Below are positions 27,814 to 37,222 of a stretch of 64,000 nt of DNA, in pieces. Every line of letters begins with the position of its first letter. Positions within the stretch are counted from its first letter, which is position 1. The position numbers and the translations under genes were made by a program. The notes under the pieces are model-generated. The model made no database searches and was not told where the DNA came from. It saw only the letters and a program-made list of their open reading frames with translations. This DNA is from an uncultured Gemmatimonadales bacterium (GTDB lineage Bacteria; Gemmatimonadota; Gemmatimonadetes; Gemmatimonadales; GWC2-71-9). The stretch is from contig CAVSLV010000003.1 in assembly GCA_963728915.1 (NCBI GenBank), forward strand, positions 32,001-96,000, written 5' to 3'.

Positions 27814-29490
27814 CTATTTGAACTGCCCCTCCCGAATCGCCCGGAACTCGTTGCCGGGCCGCCATTCCGGGAACCGGGTGGCGTTGGCGATCCGGTAGCC
27901 CATCGTCATAAACAGCCGCAGGTCCTGCACCGCCCCGGCCAGGTCCCAGTCCGGCTTGATCTCGTCGGACGGGTTGTGATAATCCTTTTCGGTGTAGTTG
28001 TCCCGTTTGGCCATGCCGTACCCCGCTGGCTTTCCGATGAAATCGGTGCCCGCCTCGGGGTCGAAAGCGGGAACCCCCAGTTTCGCGAAGTTGAAGTGAT
28101 CGGAGCGGTAGTAGAACCCCTTCTCGGGCTCCGCGTCGGGTTTGAGCACCCGGTGCTGCTCCGCGGCCGCGTCGCGGGCGTAATCGTCGAGCTCCGAGGC
28201 GCCAAGCCCGACCACCACGAGATCGCTGGTGGGACCCCAGGTGTTGAGCACATCCATATTGATCACCGCGAGGGTCCTGGTCAGTGGATAGAGCGGATTG
28301 GTCGCATAGTACTGGGAGCCCAGCAATCCCTGCTCTTCCGCCGTCACGGCCAGGAAGAGAATCGATCGCCGCGGCTTCTGCTTGAGCTTCCCGAACGCCT
28401 TGGCCATTGCGATCAGCCCCGCGGTGCCCGTCGCGTTGTCCGCCGCCCCGTTGTAGATCGAGTCGCCATTGATCGGGGTGCCGATGCCGAAATGGTCCCA
28501 GTGGGCGGTGTAGATCACGTACTGGTCCCGGACCAGGTCCCGGTTGTTGATCGGGGTCGAATCACTCCCCAGCAGTTTGGCGACCACATTGCGGGACTGG
28601 ATGGTTCGCAAGGTGTTGCGAATGCTGAGGGACGCCGTCACGCCGAGAGGCACCGGCCGGAACGCACGGCTCGCGGCGCGCGCTTTCAGCGAATCGAAGT
28701 TCTGACCGGCCATCGCGAACAGCGCCTTGGCCTGATCCAGCGTGATCCATCCTTCGATCGCCGACCGGCTCATGTTCTTGTCGGGGGTGAGCAGGTCGAA
28801 CTGCTCGCCGGTCTTGCCCTGGACCACGGCGAACGGATATCCGGCCGGACCGGTCTCATGGACGATGAGGACCGCGGCGGCCTTGTGCTTCATCCCCTGT
28901 TCGTACTTGTAGGTCCACCGGCCATAGTAGGTCATGGCCTTTCCGCCGAACTGGGTCGAGTCGGAAAGGGGAGGATCGTTCACCAGCATGATCAGGGTCT
29001 TGCCGGTCATATCCTCGCCCTTGAAATCGTCCCACGAGAATTCCGGCGCCTCCACGCCATAGCCGACGAACACCATATTGGAATGGGCGATGGATGCCTC
29101 CGGCGCCACGTGCTTGGTCCAGGCCACGAAGTCGTCCCGCCACGCCAGGACCCGCTTGGCGCCCTTCCCGTCGAACACGAGCGTCGGCGACCCGACCGGC
29201 GTGATGCCCACCAGGGGCACCACCTGGATGTAACTCCCATCCGGATTCCCGGGCGCCAGGCCCGCCTCCGCGAACTGATCCGTCAGGAACTTGATCGTGT
29301 AATCCTCGCCCTGGCTGCCGGGGGCCCGACCCTCGTACATGTCGGAGGCGAGAACCCGCACGCCAAAGGCAAGCCCGGCGGTGTCGATGGTGGCCTCCGC
29401 GCTCTCGAGATCGCGGGGGTTGGCGGAGCCGGAGCGGCAAGCGGACAGGGCGAGGAGAAGCCCCCCGGAGAACAACAGGTAATGACGCAT
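27814..29490 (-). CDS. M28 family metallopeptidase with PA domain (lipoprotein)
   Basis: TAHWDH, NGAADNATG, AEEQGLLGS, INMD, RSDHF, DYH; lipobox LSAC. Confidence 0.93.
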   Translation of the reverse strand: MRHYLLFSGGLLLALSACRSGSANPRDLESAEATIDTAGLAFGVRVLASDMYEGRAPGSQGEDYTIKFLTDQFAEAGLAPGNPDGSYIQVVPLVGITPVGSPTLVFDGKGAKRVLAWRDDFVAWTKHVAPEASIAHSNMVFVGYGVEAPEFSWDDFKGEDMTGKTLIMLVNDPPLSDSTQFGGKAMTYYGRWTYKYEQGMKHKAAAVLIVHETGPAGYPFAVVQGKTGEQFDLLTPDKNMSRSAIEGWITLDQAKALFAMAGQNFDSLKARAASRAFRPVPLGVTASLSIRNTLRTIQSRNVVAKLLGSDSTPINNRDLVRDQYVIYTAHWDHFGIGTPINGDSIYNGAADNATGTAGLIAMAKAFGKLKQKPRRSILFLAVTAEEQGLLGSQYYATNPLYPLTRTLAVINMDVLNTWGPTSDLVVVGLGASELDDYARDAAAEQHRVLKPDAEPEKGFYYRSDHFNFAKLGVPAFDPEAGTDFIGKPAGYGMAKRDNYTEKDYHNPSDEIKPDWDLAGAVQDLRLFMTMGYRIANATRFPEWRPGNEFRAIREGQFK

Positions 29491-29564
29491 GAGCCAGAAT
29501 CCTTGCAGGTGTGAATCGGACCCCAAAAATAGTAGATTCTCCGCGGCCCTCCTCAAGAGATCCC

Positions 29565-30797
29565 ATGGCGTCCTCCCCCTCGCGCAGCTCGGCGAATGCT
29601 GCGGTCTTTGCCTCCTTTCTTGGCTGGACCCTGGACGCCTTCGATTTTTTCCTGGTGGTGTTCACCCTGACGGCGATCGGGGCCGAATTCGGGGTGACCG
29701 ATGCCGCCATGGCGGGGACCCTCGCGATCACGCTGGCGTTCCGTCCGGTCGGCGCCTTCATCTTCGGGCTGATGGCCGATCGCTACGGGCGACGCACTCC
29801 GCTGATGCTCAGCCTGGTGTTCTTCTCGGTAATGGAAGTGCTGTCCGGGCTCGCCCCAAGCTATACCATGTTCTTCGTCTTTCGGGCGCTCTTCGGCATC
29901 GGGATGGGGGGTGAATGGGGCGTCGGCGCGTCGCTCGCCATGGAAAAGGCGCCCGCCAAGCGGCGCGGGCTGCTCTCGGGGTTTCTCCAGGAAGGCTACG
30001 CCTGCGGGTATCTCCTCGCCGCGATCGTGTATTTCCTGGTCTTTCCCAGGTGGGGATGGCGGCCCCTGTTTTTCATCGGCGGGCTTCCGGCGCTCCTCGC
30101 GGTGTACGTGCGATCCCGGGTGACCGAGTCGGAAGTCTGGCTCAAGACCCGGCACCACGACTGGAGCTCGCTGGGCCGGACCATCCTCTCCCACTGGAAG
30201 CTGTTCCTCTACATCCTGGTCCTCATGACCATGATGAATTTCGTGTCCCATGGCACCCAGGACATGTACCCCACTTTCCTTCAGCGCGACTGGGGCTTCA
30301 CTCCGGGCAAGCGCGCCGCGCTCACCGCGTTCTCGATGGTGGGGGCGATCCTCGGCGGGCTGATCACCGGCCACCTGTCGGACCGGTTCGGCCGGCGGCG
30401 GGCCATGATCGCGGCGCTGATCGGCGCGATCCTGGTGATTCCCGCCTGGGCCTTTGCACCCTCGCTTGGGGTTCTGGTCGCGGGAGCCTTCCTGATGCAG
30501 TTCATGGTGCAGGGCGCCTGGGGCGTCATCCCGGCCCATATCACCGAGCTGGCGCCGGATTCGGTGCGGGGCTTTCTCCCCGGATTCGCCTACCAGTCGG
30601 GGGTCGCCCTGGCCGGGACGGTCGCCCTCATCGAGGCGGTCTTTGCCAAAGGCACCAGTTACGCCGTCGCCATGGCGCTGACCGCGGTCACGGTTTTCTC
30701 GCTGGCCGCGCTGGCAACCTGGGCCGGGAAGGAGAAACGCGGCGTGGTGTTCGGGGAAGCCATCCCGCCTGTCAAGGAACCTGGCCTCGGCGTCTAG
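29565..30797 (+). CDS. MFS transporter, sialate/lactate:H+ symporter (SHS) type
   Basis: GWTLDAFDFF, G.MADRYGRR, GMGGEWG, SHGTQDMYPTF. Confidence 0.92.
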   Translation: MASSPSRSSANAAVFASFLGWTLDAFDFFLVVFTLTAIGAEFGVTDAAMAGTLAITLAFRPVGAFIFGLMADRYGRRTPLMLSLVFFSVMEVLSGLAPSYTMFFVFRALFGIGMGGEWGVGASLAMEKAPAKRRGLLSGFLQEGYACGYLLAAIVYFLVFPRWGWRPLFFIGGLPALLAVYVRSRVTESEVWLKTRHHDWSSLGRTILSHWKLFLYILVLMTMMNFVSHGTQDMYPTFLQRDWGFTPGKRAALTAFSMVGAILGGLITGHLSDRFGRRRAMIAALIGAILVIPAWAFAPSLGVLVAGAFLMQFMVQGAWGVIPAHITELAPDSVRGFLPGFAYQSGVALAGTVALIEAVFAKGTSYAVAMALTAVTVFSLAALATWAGKEKRGVVFGEAIPPVKEPGLGV

Positions 30798-30815
30798 CCC
30801 ACCGGCGTCGCCTGT

Positions 30816-31985
30816 CTAATGCACCAACCGATAGAAACGCGCGGCCATCGTGGGGAGCCGGTCCCGACGTGCGCGAAGCACCGCTTCGATCCTCGCTCCG
30901 GCGAGCCGCCTCCACGGCGGAGGGATCGATAGCACGGCGTGGGCCAGGACGTTGTCGGCAAGGCCCAGCTGCACCACCCCGACGACCGAATCCCAGGCCG
31001 CTCGAGGAAGGTGGGACAATACCCGCCGGTCCAGCGCACGGCTGTTCGATGTTAACCCGCGAACCGACGGGAAGGCGGGGGTGAACCGAACCAGCTTGGG
31101 CAGGGCCGGGCGAACCGCCGCGGCGAGCCATCCATCGAACGAGGCAAAGGCCTGATCCCGATCGACCGGGAGGGCACGCCAGGTGCTGCCCCCATCCCCG
31201 GGAACCGCCATCCAGTGCCACTGACCGGGATGGCGGTCCCAGTCCCCCATGACGAAGTCCAGAAGCCTCGCCGCCAGAAACCACTCTGTGTCCACCGCGG
31301 CGCCCGGCAGCGTATCCAGGTCGGCGAGGACCTGGTCGGTGGAGGACAGCCCCGGTTTCGAGGAATCCGTTTCTTCTTCCTGGAAGATCCCCAGCAGGCC
31401 ACCAAAGCGACTGAAATCCCCCAATTCCGGCTGGTCGGCGAGCACCGCGAGTCGTCTCGGCGCGCTGGGGAATCCGGCCGCCAGCTCCAGCACGCCCGCG
31501 ATCAGGGGTGCGGCGGGATTCGCCGCACTGACCTGGTCCTGGAGCAGCCGACCGAGGAGACTGCGGTCGAGGGGAGCGGGCAGCAGTCGCAGCTTCTTGT
31601 CGAGCGAGCGAAACACGTACCGGCGGCCTGCCGCTGACCGGAAGTGTAAGGAAAGGGATTGTTGACCTCCGCCGGCTCGGACCGGGATCAGCCCGCCGTC
31701 CACCTGCTCGAGCCGTAGCACTGGAACCGTGATTGGGGTGAGCCAGAGGTCCCGATACCCGTTGCCCGCCAGGCGACGCCAGAGAGGCCCGGCCTCATAT
31801 TCGCTTCCCGCGATCACCTCCAGGGAGCTGGCCTCCGCGGGCACGGATCTCCGGACCGGACCATCCCGGCCCCGGGAAGGGAGCGGCACCAGGAGGACCA
31901 GCAGGAGAATGAGGAACCCGCCCGGGATCGCGGCCCGGACCAAGCGGCGGCCAAGCCGGGGTGAGGTGCAGCCCTGATTCGGCAT
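30816..31985 (-). CDS. secreted protein with atypical kinase-like motifs
   Basis: hydrophobic signal; GGGQQS..L...YVFRSLDK, GDWDRHPGQW, PVDRDQAF; start uncertain. Confidence 0.65.
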   Translation of the reverse strand: MPNQGCTSPRLGRRLVRAAIPGGFLILLLVLLVPLPSRGRDGPVRRSVPAEASSLEVIAGSEYEAGPLWRRLAGNGYRDLWLTPITVPVLRLEQVDGGLIPVRAGGGQQSLSLHFRSAAGRRYVFRSLDKKLRLLPAPLDRSLLGRLLQDQVSAANPAAPLIAGVLELAAGFPSAPRRLAVLADQPELGDFSRFGGLLGIFQEEETDSSKPGLSSTDQVLADLDTLPGAAVDTEWFLAARLLDFVMGDWDRHPGQWHWMAVPGDGGSTWRALPVDRDQAFASFDGWLAAAVRPALPKLVRFTPAFPSVRGLTSNSRALDRRVLSHLPRAAWDSVVGVVQLGLADNVLAHAVLSIPPPWRRLAGARIEAVLRARRDRLPTMAARFYRLVH

Positions 31986-32044
31986 CGTCGTCCTTGTAGG
32001 GGCGGCAGATAACCCGCGCCTGTCGGGGGAGACGAGGAGGTTCC

Positions 32045-32614
32045 GTGAAGCGTCACATCGAGCTGGCTGCTCTGATCCTGCTGGCGGTCGGGTGCCATTC
32101 CAAACCCGAATCCCCGATCGCCGAGCCCCTGGACCAGTTCAACCAGGGGATCAGCGAGTACATGAAGGTGCGGGATCGCCTGGCCGACTCGATCGGACCG
32201 GTGGATGAGACCAAGAGCCAGTCGGAAATCGCCGCGCGCGCGGCCGCCCTGGCGGCGGCGATCACCACCGCGCGCACCAGCGCCAGGCAGGGCCAGATCT
32301 TCACCACGGATGCAGCGGTGGTGATCGCGACCATCATCAAGGACGAGTATCGCCGCCGGAGCGACAGCCTGACCGCGAGCCGTCAGGAGCAGGCAAACGA
32401 ATACCGGGAAGACAACCTCCCGCCGTTCGAGCCCCAGGTCAATCAGCTCTTCCCGACCATCTATCCGCTTCCGACCTTCGACGCCCTGCTGCTCCCCCTG
32501 CTGCCCAAATTGCCCGATCATCTCGAATACCGCCGGGTGGAGCATTTCCTTCTGATCCGGGACACCGAAGCGAACCTGATCGTGGATTACATGCCCAATG
32601 CCTTTCCCGACTAG
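32045..32614 (+). CDS. hypothetical lipoprotein
   Basis: lipobox LAVGC; GAGGAGG RBS before GTG; LPKLP..LEYRRV...L.IRD..ANLIVD C-terminus. Confidence 0.75.
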   Translation: MKRHIELAALILLAVGCHSKPESPIAEPLDQFNQGISEYMKVRDRLADSIGPVDETKSQSEIAARAAALAAAITTARTSARQGQIFTTDAAVVIATIIKDEYRRRSDSLTASRQEQANEYREDNLPPFEPQVNQLFPTIYPLPTFDALLLPLLPKLPDHLEYRRVEHFLLIRDTEANLIVDYMPNAFPD

Positions 32615-33470
32615 GAGAATCCCCCTGACCGGAGCGTGGCGGTGGGGCTGGGCGATCGTCGCGGCGACCAGTACGGCCTCGAATCTCCCGGCCCAGCAGG
32701 TCACCCTCCCGAAACTGGCCAATGCAGTGCGCTTCGCCGTGATCGGCGACATCGGGACGGGGGACAAACCGGAGTACGAGCTGGCCGCTGTGGTGGCGAA
32801 GGCCCGCCAGCAGTTTCCCTTCAGCTTCGTCATCATGCTGGGCGACAACATCTACGGGTCGGAGCGGCCCCAGGATTTCGAGAGGAAATTCAGCACGCCT
32901 TACAAGCCCCTGCTCGATGCCGGGATAGAGTTCCACGCCGCCCTGGGAAACCATGACGATCCCAATCAGCGGTTCTACAAACCCTTCGGCATGGGCGGGG
33001 AGCGCTACTACACCTTCAAGAAGGGCAACGTGCGGTTCTACGTGCTCGACAGCAACTACATGGACCCCGATCAGGTGAAGTGGCTCGAAGGACAGCTGTC
33101 CGGCGACAATACTCCCTGGAAGATCGCCTACTACCATCATCCCATTTACACCACGGCGAAGCGGGGGCCGAACCTCGAGCTGCGCCGGGTGCTGGAGCCG
33201 CTGTTCACGAAATACGGAGTCAACGTGGTCTTCTCCGGGCATGAGCACGTATACGAGCGCTTGAAGCCGCAACAGGGCATCAACTACATCGTGGACGGCT
33301 CCGCCGGCAAGCTGAACACCGGCGCGCTTCGACCCGGCGACATCAACGTCAAGACCTACGACGCCGACCGCACCTTCATGGTGGTCGAGGTCGCCGGCAA
33401 CGCGCTGTATTTCCAGACCTTCAGCCGCACCGGTGCGACGGTGGACCGCGGGGCGATCCAGCGGCACTGA
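32598..33470 (+). CDS. calcineurin-like metallophosphoesterase (secreted)
   Basis: GDIG, GDNIY, GNHD, HHP, SGHEH motifs. Confidence 0.92.
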   Translation: MPFPTRRIPLTGAWRWGWAIVAATSTASNLPAQQVTLPKLANAVRFAVIGDIGTGDKPEYELAAVVAKARQQFPFSFVIMLGDNIYGSERPQDFERKFSTPYKPLLDAGIEFHAALGNHDDPNQRFYKPFGMGGERYYTFKKGNVRFYVLDSNYMDPDQVKWLEGQLSGDNTPWKIAYYHHPIYTTAKRGPNLELRRVLEPLFTKYGVNVVFSGHEHVYERLKPQQGINYIVDGSAGKLNTGALRPGDINVKTYDADRTFMVVEVAGNALYFQTFSRTGATVDRGAIQRH

Positions 33471-33491
33471 GACGACGATTACCTTGAGGCG

Positions 33492-35486
33492 ATGGGCTCG
33501 TCCCGCCGCCGATTCCTCGAGCAGATCTCCGGCACCCTGGGCGCGTTGGCCCTGGGCCGGCCTTCCACCCGGTCCTCGCCACCGGCCGACTTCGAGGTCG
33601 CACTCCAGAGCGATCTCATGGTGCCGCTGCGCGATGGCGTCCGTCTCGCCACCGACGTCTACCTCCCGGCCCGGAACGGCACCCCGGTCGCCGAGCGGTT
33701 TCCGGTGATCCTGGAGCGAACCCCCTACAACAAGACCGCCGACAGCCGTTCGGAGCGGACCCCGGACGATCCCAGGCCGAAGAGCCGGGCCCAGGTCGCC
33801 GAGTTCTTCGTGCGCAACGGATACGTCGTGATCTACCAGGATTGCCGGGGGCGCTACAAGTCGGAAGGCGAATTCGTGAAGTATCTGAGCGACGGGCTCG
33901 ACGGATTCGACACCTGCAAGTGGATCCTGGCCCAACCGTGGTGCAACGGGAAGATCGGGACGATGGGCCTCTCCTACGCCGCGCATACCCAGGGCGCGCT
34001 CGGCAGCGCCGGCGCGCCCGGGGTGGCGGCCATGGTGCTCGATTCGGGCGGATTTTCCAATGCCTACCAGGGCGGGATCCGTCAGGGAGGCGCCTTCGAG
34101 CTGAAACAGGCGACCTGGGCCTACAATCAGGCGCTCGAGAGCCCGGGGATTCGCGACCATCCCGAGAGGCTGGCCGCGCTCCGGGCCGTGGACATCAAGC
34201 AGTGGTTCGGGAGGATGCCCTGGAAGCGGGGGGACTCACCGCTCGCCCTGGCGCCGGAGTACGAGGACTATCTCTTCGAGCAGTGGGAGCACGGCACCTT
34301 CGACAGTTATTGGAAGCAGCTCGGCATCTATGCCGCGGGTTACTACGACCGGTTTCCCGAGGCCGCGATGGTCCACATGTCCTCCTGGTTCGATCCCTAT
34401 CCCCGCACCGCGACGGAGAACTACCTGGGGCTTTCCCGAAGAAAACGCGGTCCGGTGCGGCTCATCCTGGGCCCGTGGACCCACGGGGACCGGCAGCTCA
34501 GCTACGCGGGCAACGTGGACTTCGGCGCCGAAGCGGTGTTCGACGGGCACGTGGAAGCCGATTGGCTGACCTTCCGACTCCGCTGGTTCGACCGCTGGCT
34601 CAAGGGAGCTGCCAACGGCGTGGATCGCGAACCGCGGGTCCGCATCTTCGTGATGGGCGGCGGCTCGGGCCGGAAGAACCCGGCGGGCCGCCTCGATCAT
34701 GGCGGGCATTGGCGCGCCGAAACGGACTGGCCCCTTCCCGGGACGCAGTGGACTCCGTACTACCTGCATGCCGACGGCCTTCTTTCTTCTTCCCTTCCGG
34801 AAAAAGCCGAATCGTTTCGCGAGTATCGTTACGATCCCGCCCACCCGGTCCCCACGGTCGGGGGAACCATCACTTCGGGCCAGCCGGTCATGGTGGGCGG
34901 CGGGTTCGATCAGCGGGAAGGACCGGCCTTCTTCGGATCGCGGGCGCCCTGGGCTCCGCTGGCCGACCGGCCCGACGTCCTGGTCTTCCAGACGCCGCCG
35001 CTGGGCGAAGTGCTCGAGCTCACCGGGCCGCTCCGGGTGAATCTGTGGATTTCCTCGGATGGTCCCGACACCGACTTCACCGCGAAGTTGATCGACGTGT
35101 ATCCGCCGGGGCCCGACTATCCCGACGGATATGCCATGAATCTCACGGACGGTATCCTGCGGGCGCGCTACCGGAAGTCATGGGAACGCCCCGAGCTGAT
35201 GCAGCCCGGGGCGGTGTATCCGGTGACCATCGACGCCTTCCCGACCAGCAACCTGTTCCAGCCGGGTCACCGGATCCGGCTGGACATTTCCAGCAGCAAC
35301 TTTCCCCACTTCGATGCCAACCCCAACACCGGCGAGCCGGAGGGGTGGAACACGCGAGTCCGGATCGCCACCAACCGCGTGTACCTGGATCGCGCCAGGC
35401 CGTCCCACGCGGTCCTCCCGGTGATTCCCGCTAACCGCCCAGGCTCGCGGGGGGCGGCACCACCTCGTCCTCCGGCGGGGCGGTGA
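33492..35486 (+). CDS. CocE/NonD family hydrolase, Tat-exported
   Basis: SRRRFL Tat signal, RDGVRLATD, RTPY, DCRGR..SEG, GLSY, GPWTH, SSSNFP.F. Confidence 0.93.
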   Translation: MGSSRRRFLEQISGTLGALALGRPSTRSSPPADFEVALQSDLMVPLRDGVRLATDVYLPARNGTPVAERFPVILERTPYNKTADSRSERTPDDPRPKSRAQVAEFFVRNGYVVIYQDCRGRYKSEGEFVKYLSDGLDGFDTCKWILAQPWCNGKIGTMGLSYAAHTQGALGSAGAPGVAAMVLDSGGFSNAYQGGIRQGGAFELKQATWAYNQALESPGIRDHPERLAALRAVDIKQWFGRMPWKRGDSPLALAPEYEDYLFEQWEHGTFDSYWKQLGIYAAGYYDRFPEAAMVHMSSWFDPYPRTATENYLGLSRRKRGPVRLILGPWTHGDRQLSYAGNVDFGAEAVFDGHVEADWLTFRLRWFDRWLKGAANGVDREPRVRIFVMGGGSGRKNPAGRLDHGGHWRAETDWPLPGTQWTPYYLHADGLLSSSLPEKAESFREYRYDPAHPVPTVGGTITSGQPVMVGGGFDQREGPAFFGSRAPWAPLADRPDVLVFQTPPLGEVLELTGPLRVNLWISSDGPDTDFTAKLIDVYPPGPDYPDGYAMNLTDGILRARYRKSWERPELMQPGAVYPVTIDAFPTSNLFQPGHRIRLDISSSNFPHFDANPNTGEPEGWNTRVRIATNRVYLDRARPSHAVLPVIPANRPGSRGAAPPRPPAGR

Positions 35487-35568
35487 GCACGCGGTAGTAG
35501 CACCACGCGGTCAGTCCCCACACGAACACCAGTGACAGAATCATCGTCAGCCAGCCGCCTGCTCTCAT
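35431..35568 (-). CDS. 45-aa single-TM protein, putative small subunit of the NSS transporter (MetS-like)
   Basis: manual translation MRAGGWLTMILSLVFVWGLTAWCYYRVLTAPPEDEVVPPPASLGG; AGGAGG RBS; starts 9 nt after the transporter stop; below the ORF-track cutoff. Confidence 0.75.
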   Translation of the reverse strand: MRAGGWLTMILSLVFVWGLTAWCYYRVLTAPPEDEVVPPPASLGG

Positions 35569-35577
35569 GGTCGCCTC

Positions 35578-37197
35578 CTAACCCCCGGCCCCGACGGGAG
35601 ACCCGTCGGCCGGATTGGCGTCGTCCAGGTCCATGCCGCTTGCCCGCCACCGGGTCTGCCCGGTCTTCACCAGCAGGAACATCCCCACGACGCAGACCAG
35701 AATCAATCCGACCGCGAGCTTGGCCCCGAGGGAGCCGAGCGCGGCATTCACCGCGCCCGACAGATTCGACAAACAGAAACCGACGAACACCACCAGCAGA
35801 TAGAGCGGCGCCACCCACTTCATGATGAACCGGAAGATGCGGGGGATGCGGATCGCGGCTCCATCGTGGGCTTCCTTCCAGCCGCGATCGATCCCGAACA
35901 CCCAGGAGAACAGGATGATCTCGATCGCGGCGACGATGAAGATGAGGAAGGTGCCCACCCAGAAATCGAGCGTGCTCCAGAAGGTCCCGTCCTTGGTGAA
36001 CCAGATGGTGAGCACCGAGCCCAGGGTGCCCAGCCCCACCATCGCGGACGTGGACATCCCGTGGCTCGCCCCGGTGGCCTCCTTGATGAACGCCACCGCC
36101 GGCTGGTACATGGAGATCGAGCTGGTGATCGCGGCGAGAAACAGCATCAGGAACCAGATCGCTCCGACCAGGTTGCCGATCGATCCCATGTGGGCGAAGA
36201 CCACGGGGAGGGTGTTGAAGCCCAGCCCGAACGAGCCGGTCTGCACCGCGGCGATCGTCCCCGAGAGGCCGAGGAACACGAACGAGGCGGTGAGGGTGAT
36301 AAGGCCCCCGAAGCCGACCTCGAAGAGCTCGTTGGTCGCGGTCGAGGTGAGACCGGACAGCACCACGTCGCTCTTGGCCCGCATGTACGAGGAGTAGTTG
36401 ACGATGATCCCGAAGCCGACCGAAATACTGAAGAAGATCTGCCCCGCCGCGGCGAGCCAGGTCTGGAAATCGGCGAGCTTCGAGAAATCGGGATTCCACA
36501 TGTAGCCCAGCCCGTTCACCACGTTCTGGTCCGGCATGGCCGGATCGGGAGTCCCCAGGGTCAGCACCCGGATCAGCACGATCACCGCGCAGATCGCCAT
36601 GCCCGGCATGGCCCAGGTGCAGAACTTCTCGATCCCCTTGGAGATCCCCCGGTAGACCAGCAGGATGTTGAGGGCGAAGACCACCGCCCAGCAGATCAGG
36701 GTGAAATGGGAATCGCCGGTAAAGAGCACTCCGTCCTGGTTGGCCCCGGTGAACGCCTGGTAGTAGTGGGCCGAGGTCGCGGTCTGGTCGGCGATCGAGG
36801 CGGCCCGGTCGATGCCTAACCCGCCAGTGAGGAACTTGAGGAAGTAGCCGACCGTCCAGGCCTCGATGAACACGTAGTAGAACGAGACCGCGAGCGGAAT
36901 CAGCGCGGCGATCCCGCCGAGGTAGCGGGCCGCGCTCCCCCGGCCGATGACTCCGAAGATGCCCGGCGCGGAGTGAAAGCCCTTCTTCCCACCGTAGCGG
37001 CCCATGGTCCATTCGGCCCAGCCGATCGGGATCCCGAGGAAGATCAGGGCGCAGAAGTAGGGGATCAGGAAGGCGCCGCCGCCGTTCTGAGCGGCCTGTC
37101 CGGGGAACCGGAGGAAATTGCCCAGCCCGACGGCCGAACCCGCGACCGCCAGGACGACGCCTACACGGGTGCCCCATTGCTCTTGTTCGGGTTTCAT
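35578..37197 (-). CDS. sodium-dependent transporter, NSS/SNF family
   Basis: W..R.G..LAVAGSAVGLGNFLRFP, NGGGAF.IPY, QIFFSIS.GFG, FLAAITSSIS. Confidence 0.95.
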   Translation of the reverse strand: MKPEQEQWGTRVGVVLAVAGSAVGLGNFLRFPGQAAQNGGGAFLIPYFCALIFLGIPIGWAEWTMGRYGGKKGFHSAPGIFGVIGRGSAARYLGGIAALIPLAVSFYYVFIEAWTVGYFLKFLTGGLGIDRAASIADQTATSAHYYQAFTGANQDGVLFTGDSHFTLICWAVVFALNILLVYRGISKGIEKFCTWAMPGMAICAVIVLIRVLTLGTPDPAMPDQNVVNGLGYMWNPDFSKLADFQTWLAAAGQIFFSISVGFGIIVNYSSYMRAKSDVVLSGLTSTATNELFEVGFGGLITLTASFVFLGLSGTIAAVQTGSFGLGFNTLPVVFAHMGSIGNLVGAIWFLMLFLAAITSSISMYQPAVAFIKEATGASHGMSTSAMVGLGTLGSVLTIWFTKDGTFWSTLDFWVGTFLIFIVAAIEIILFSWVFGIDRGWKEAHDGAAIRIPRIFRFIMKWVAPLYLLVVFVGFCLSNLSGAVNAALGSLGAKLAVGLILVCVVGMFLLVKTGQTRWRASGMDLDDANPADGSPVGAGG

Positions 37198-37222
37198 GGT
37201 CGATGGGTTAGGGTGAGGAAAC

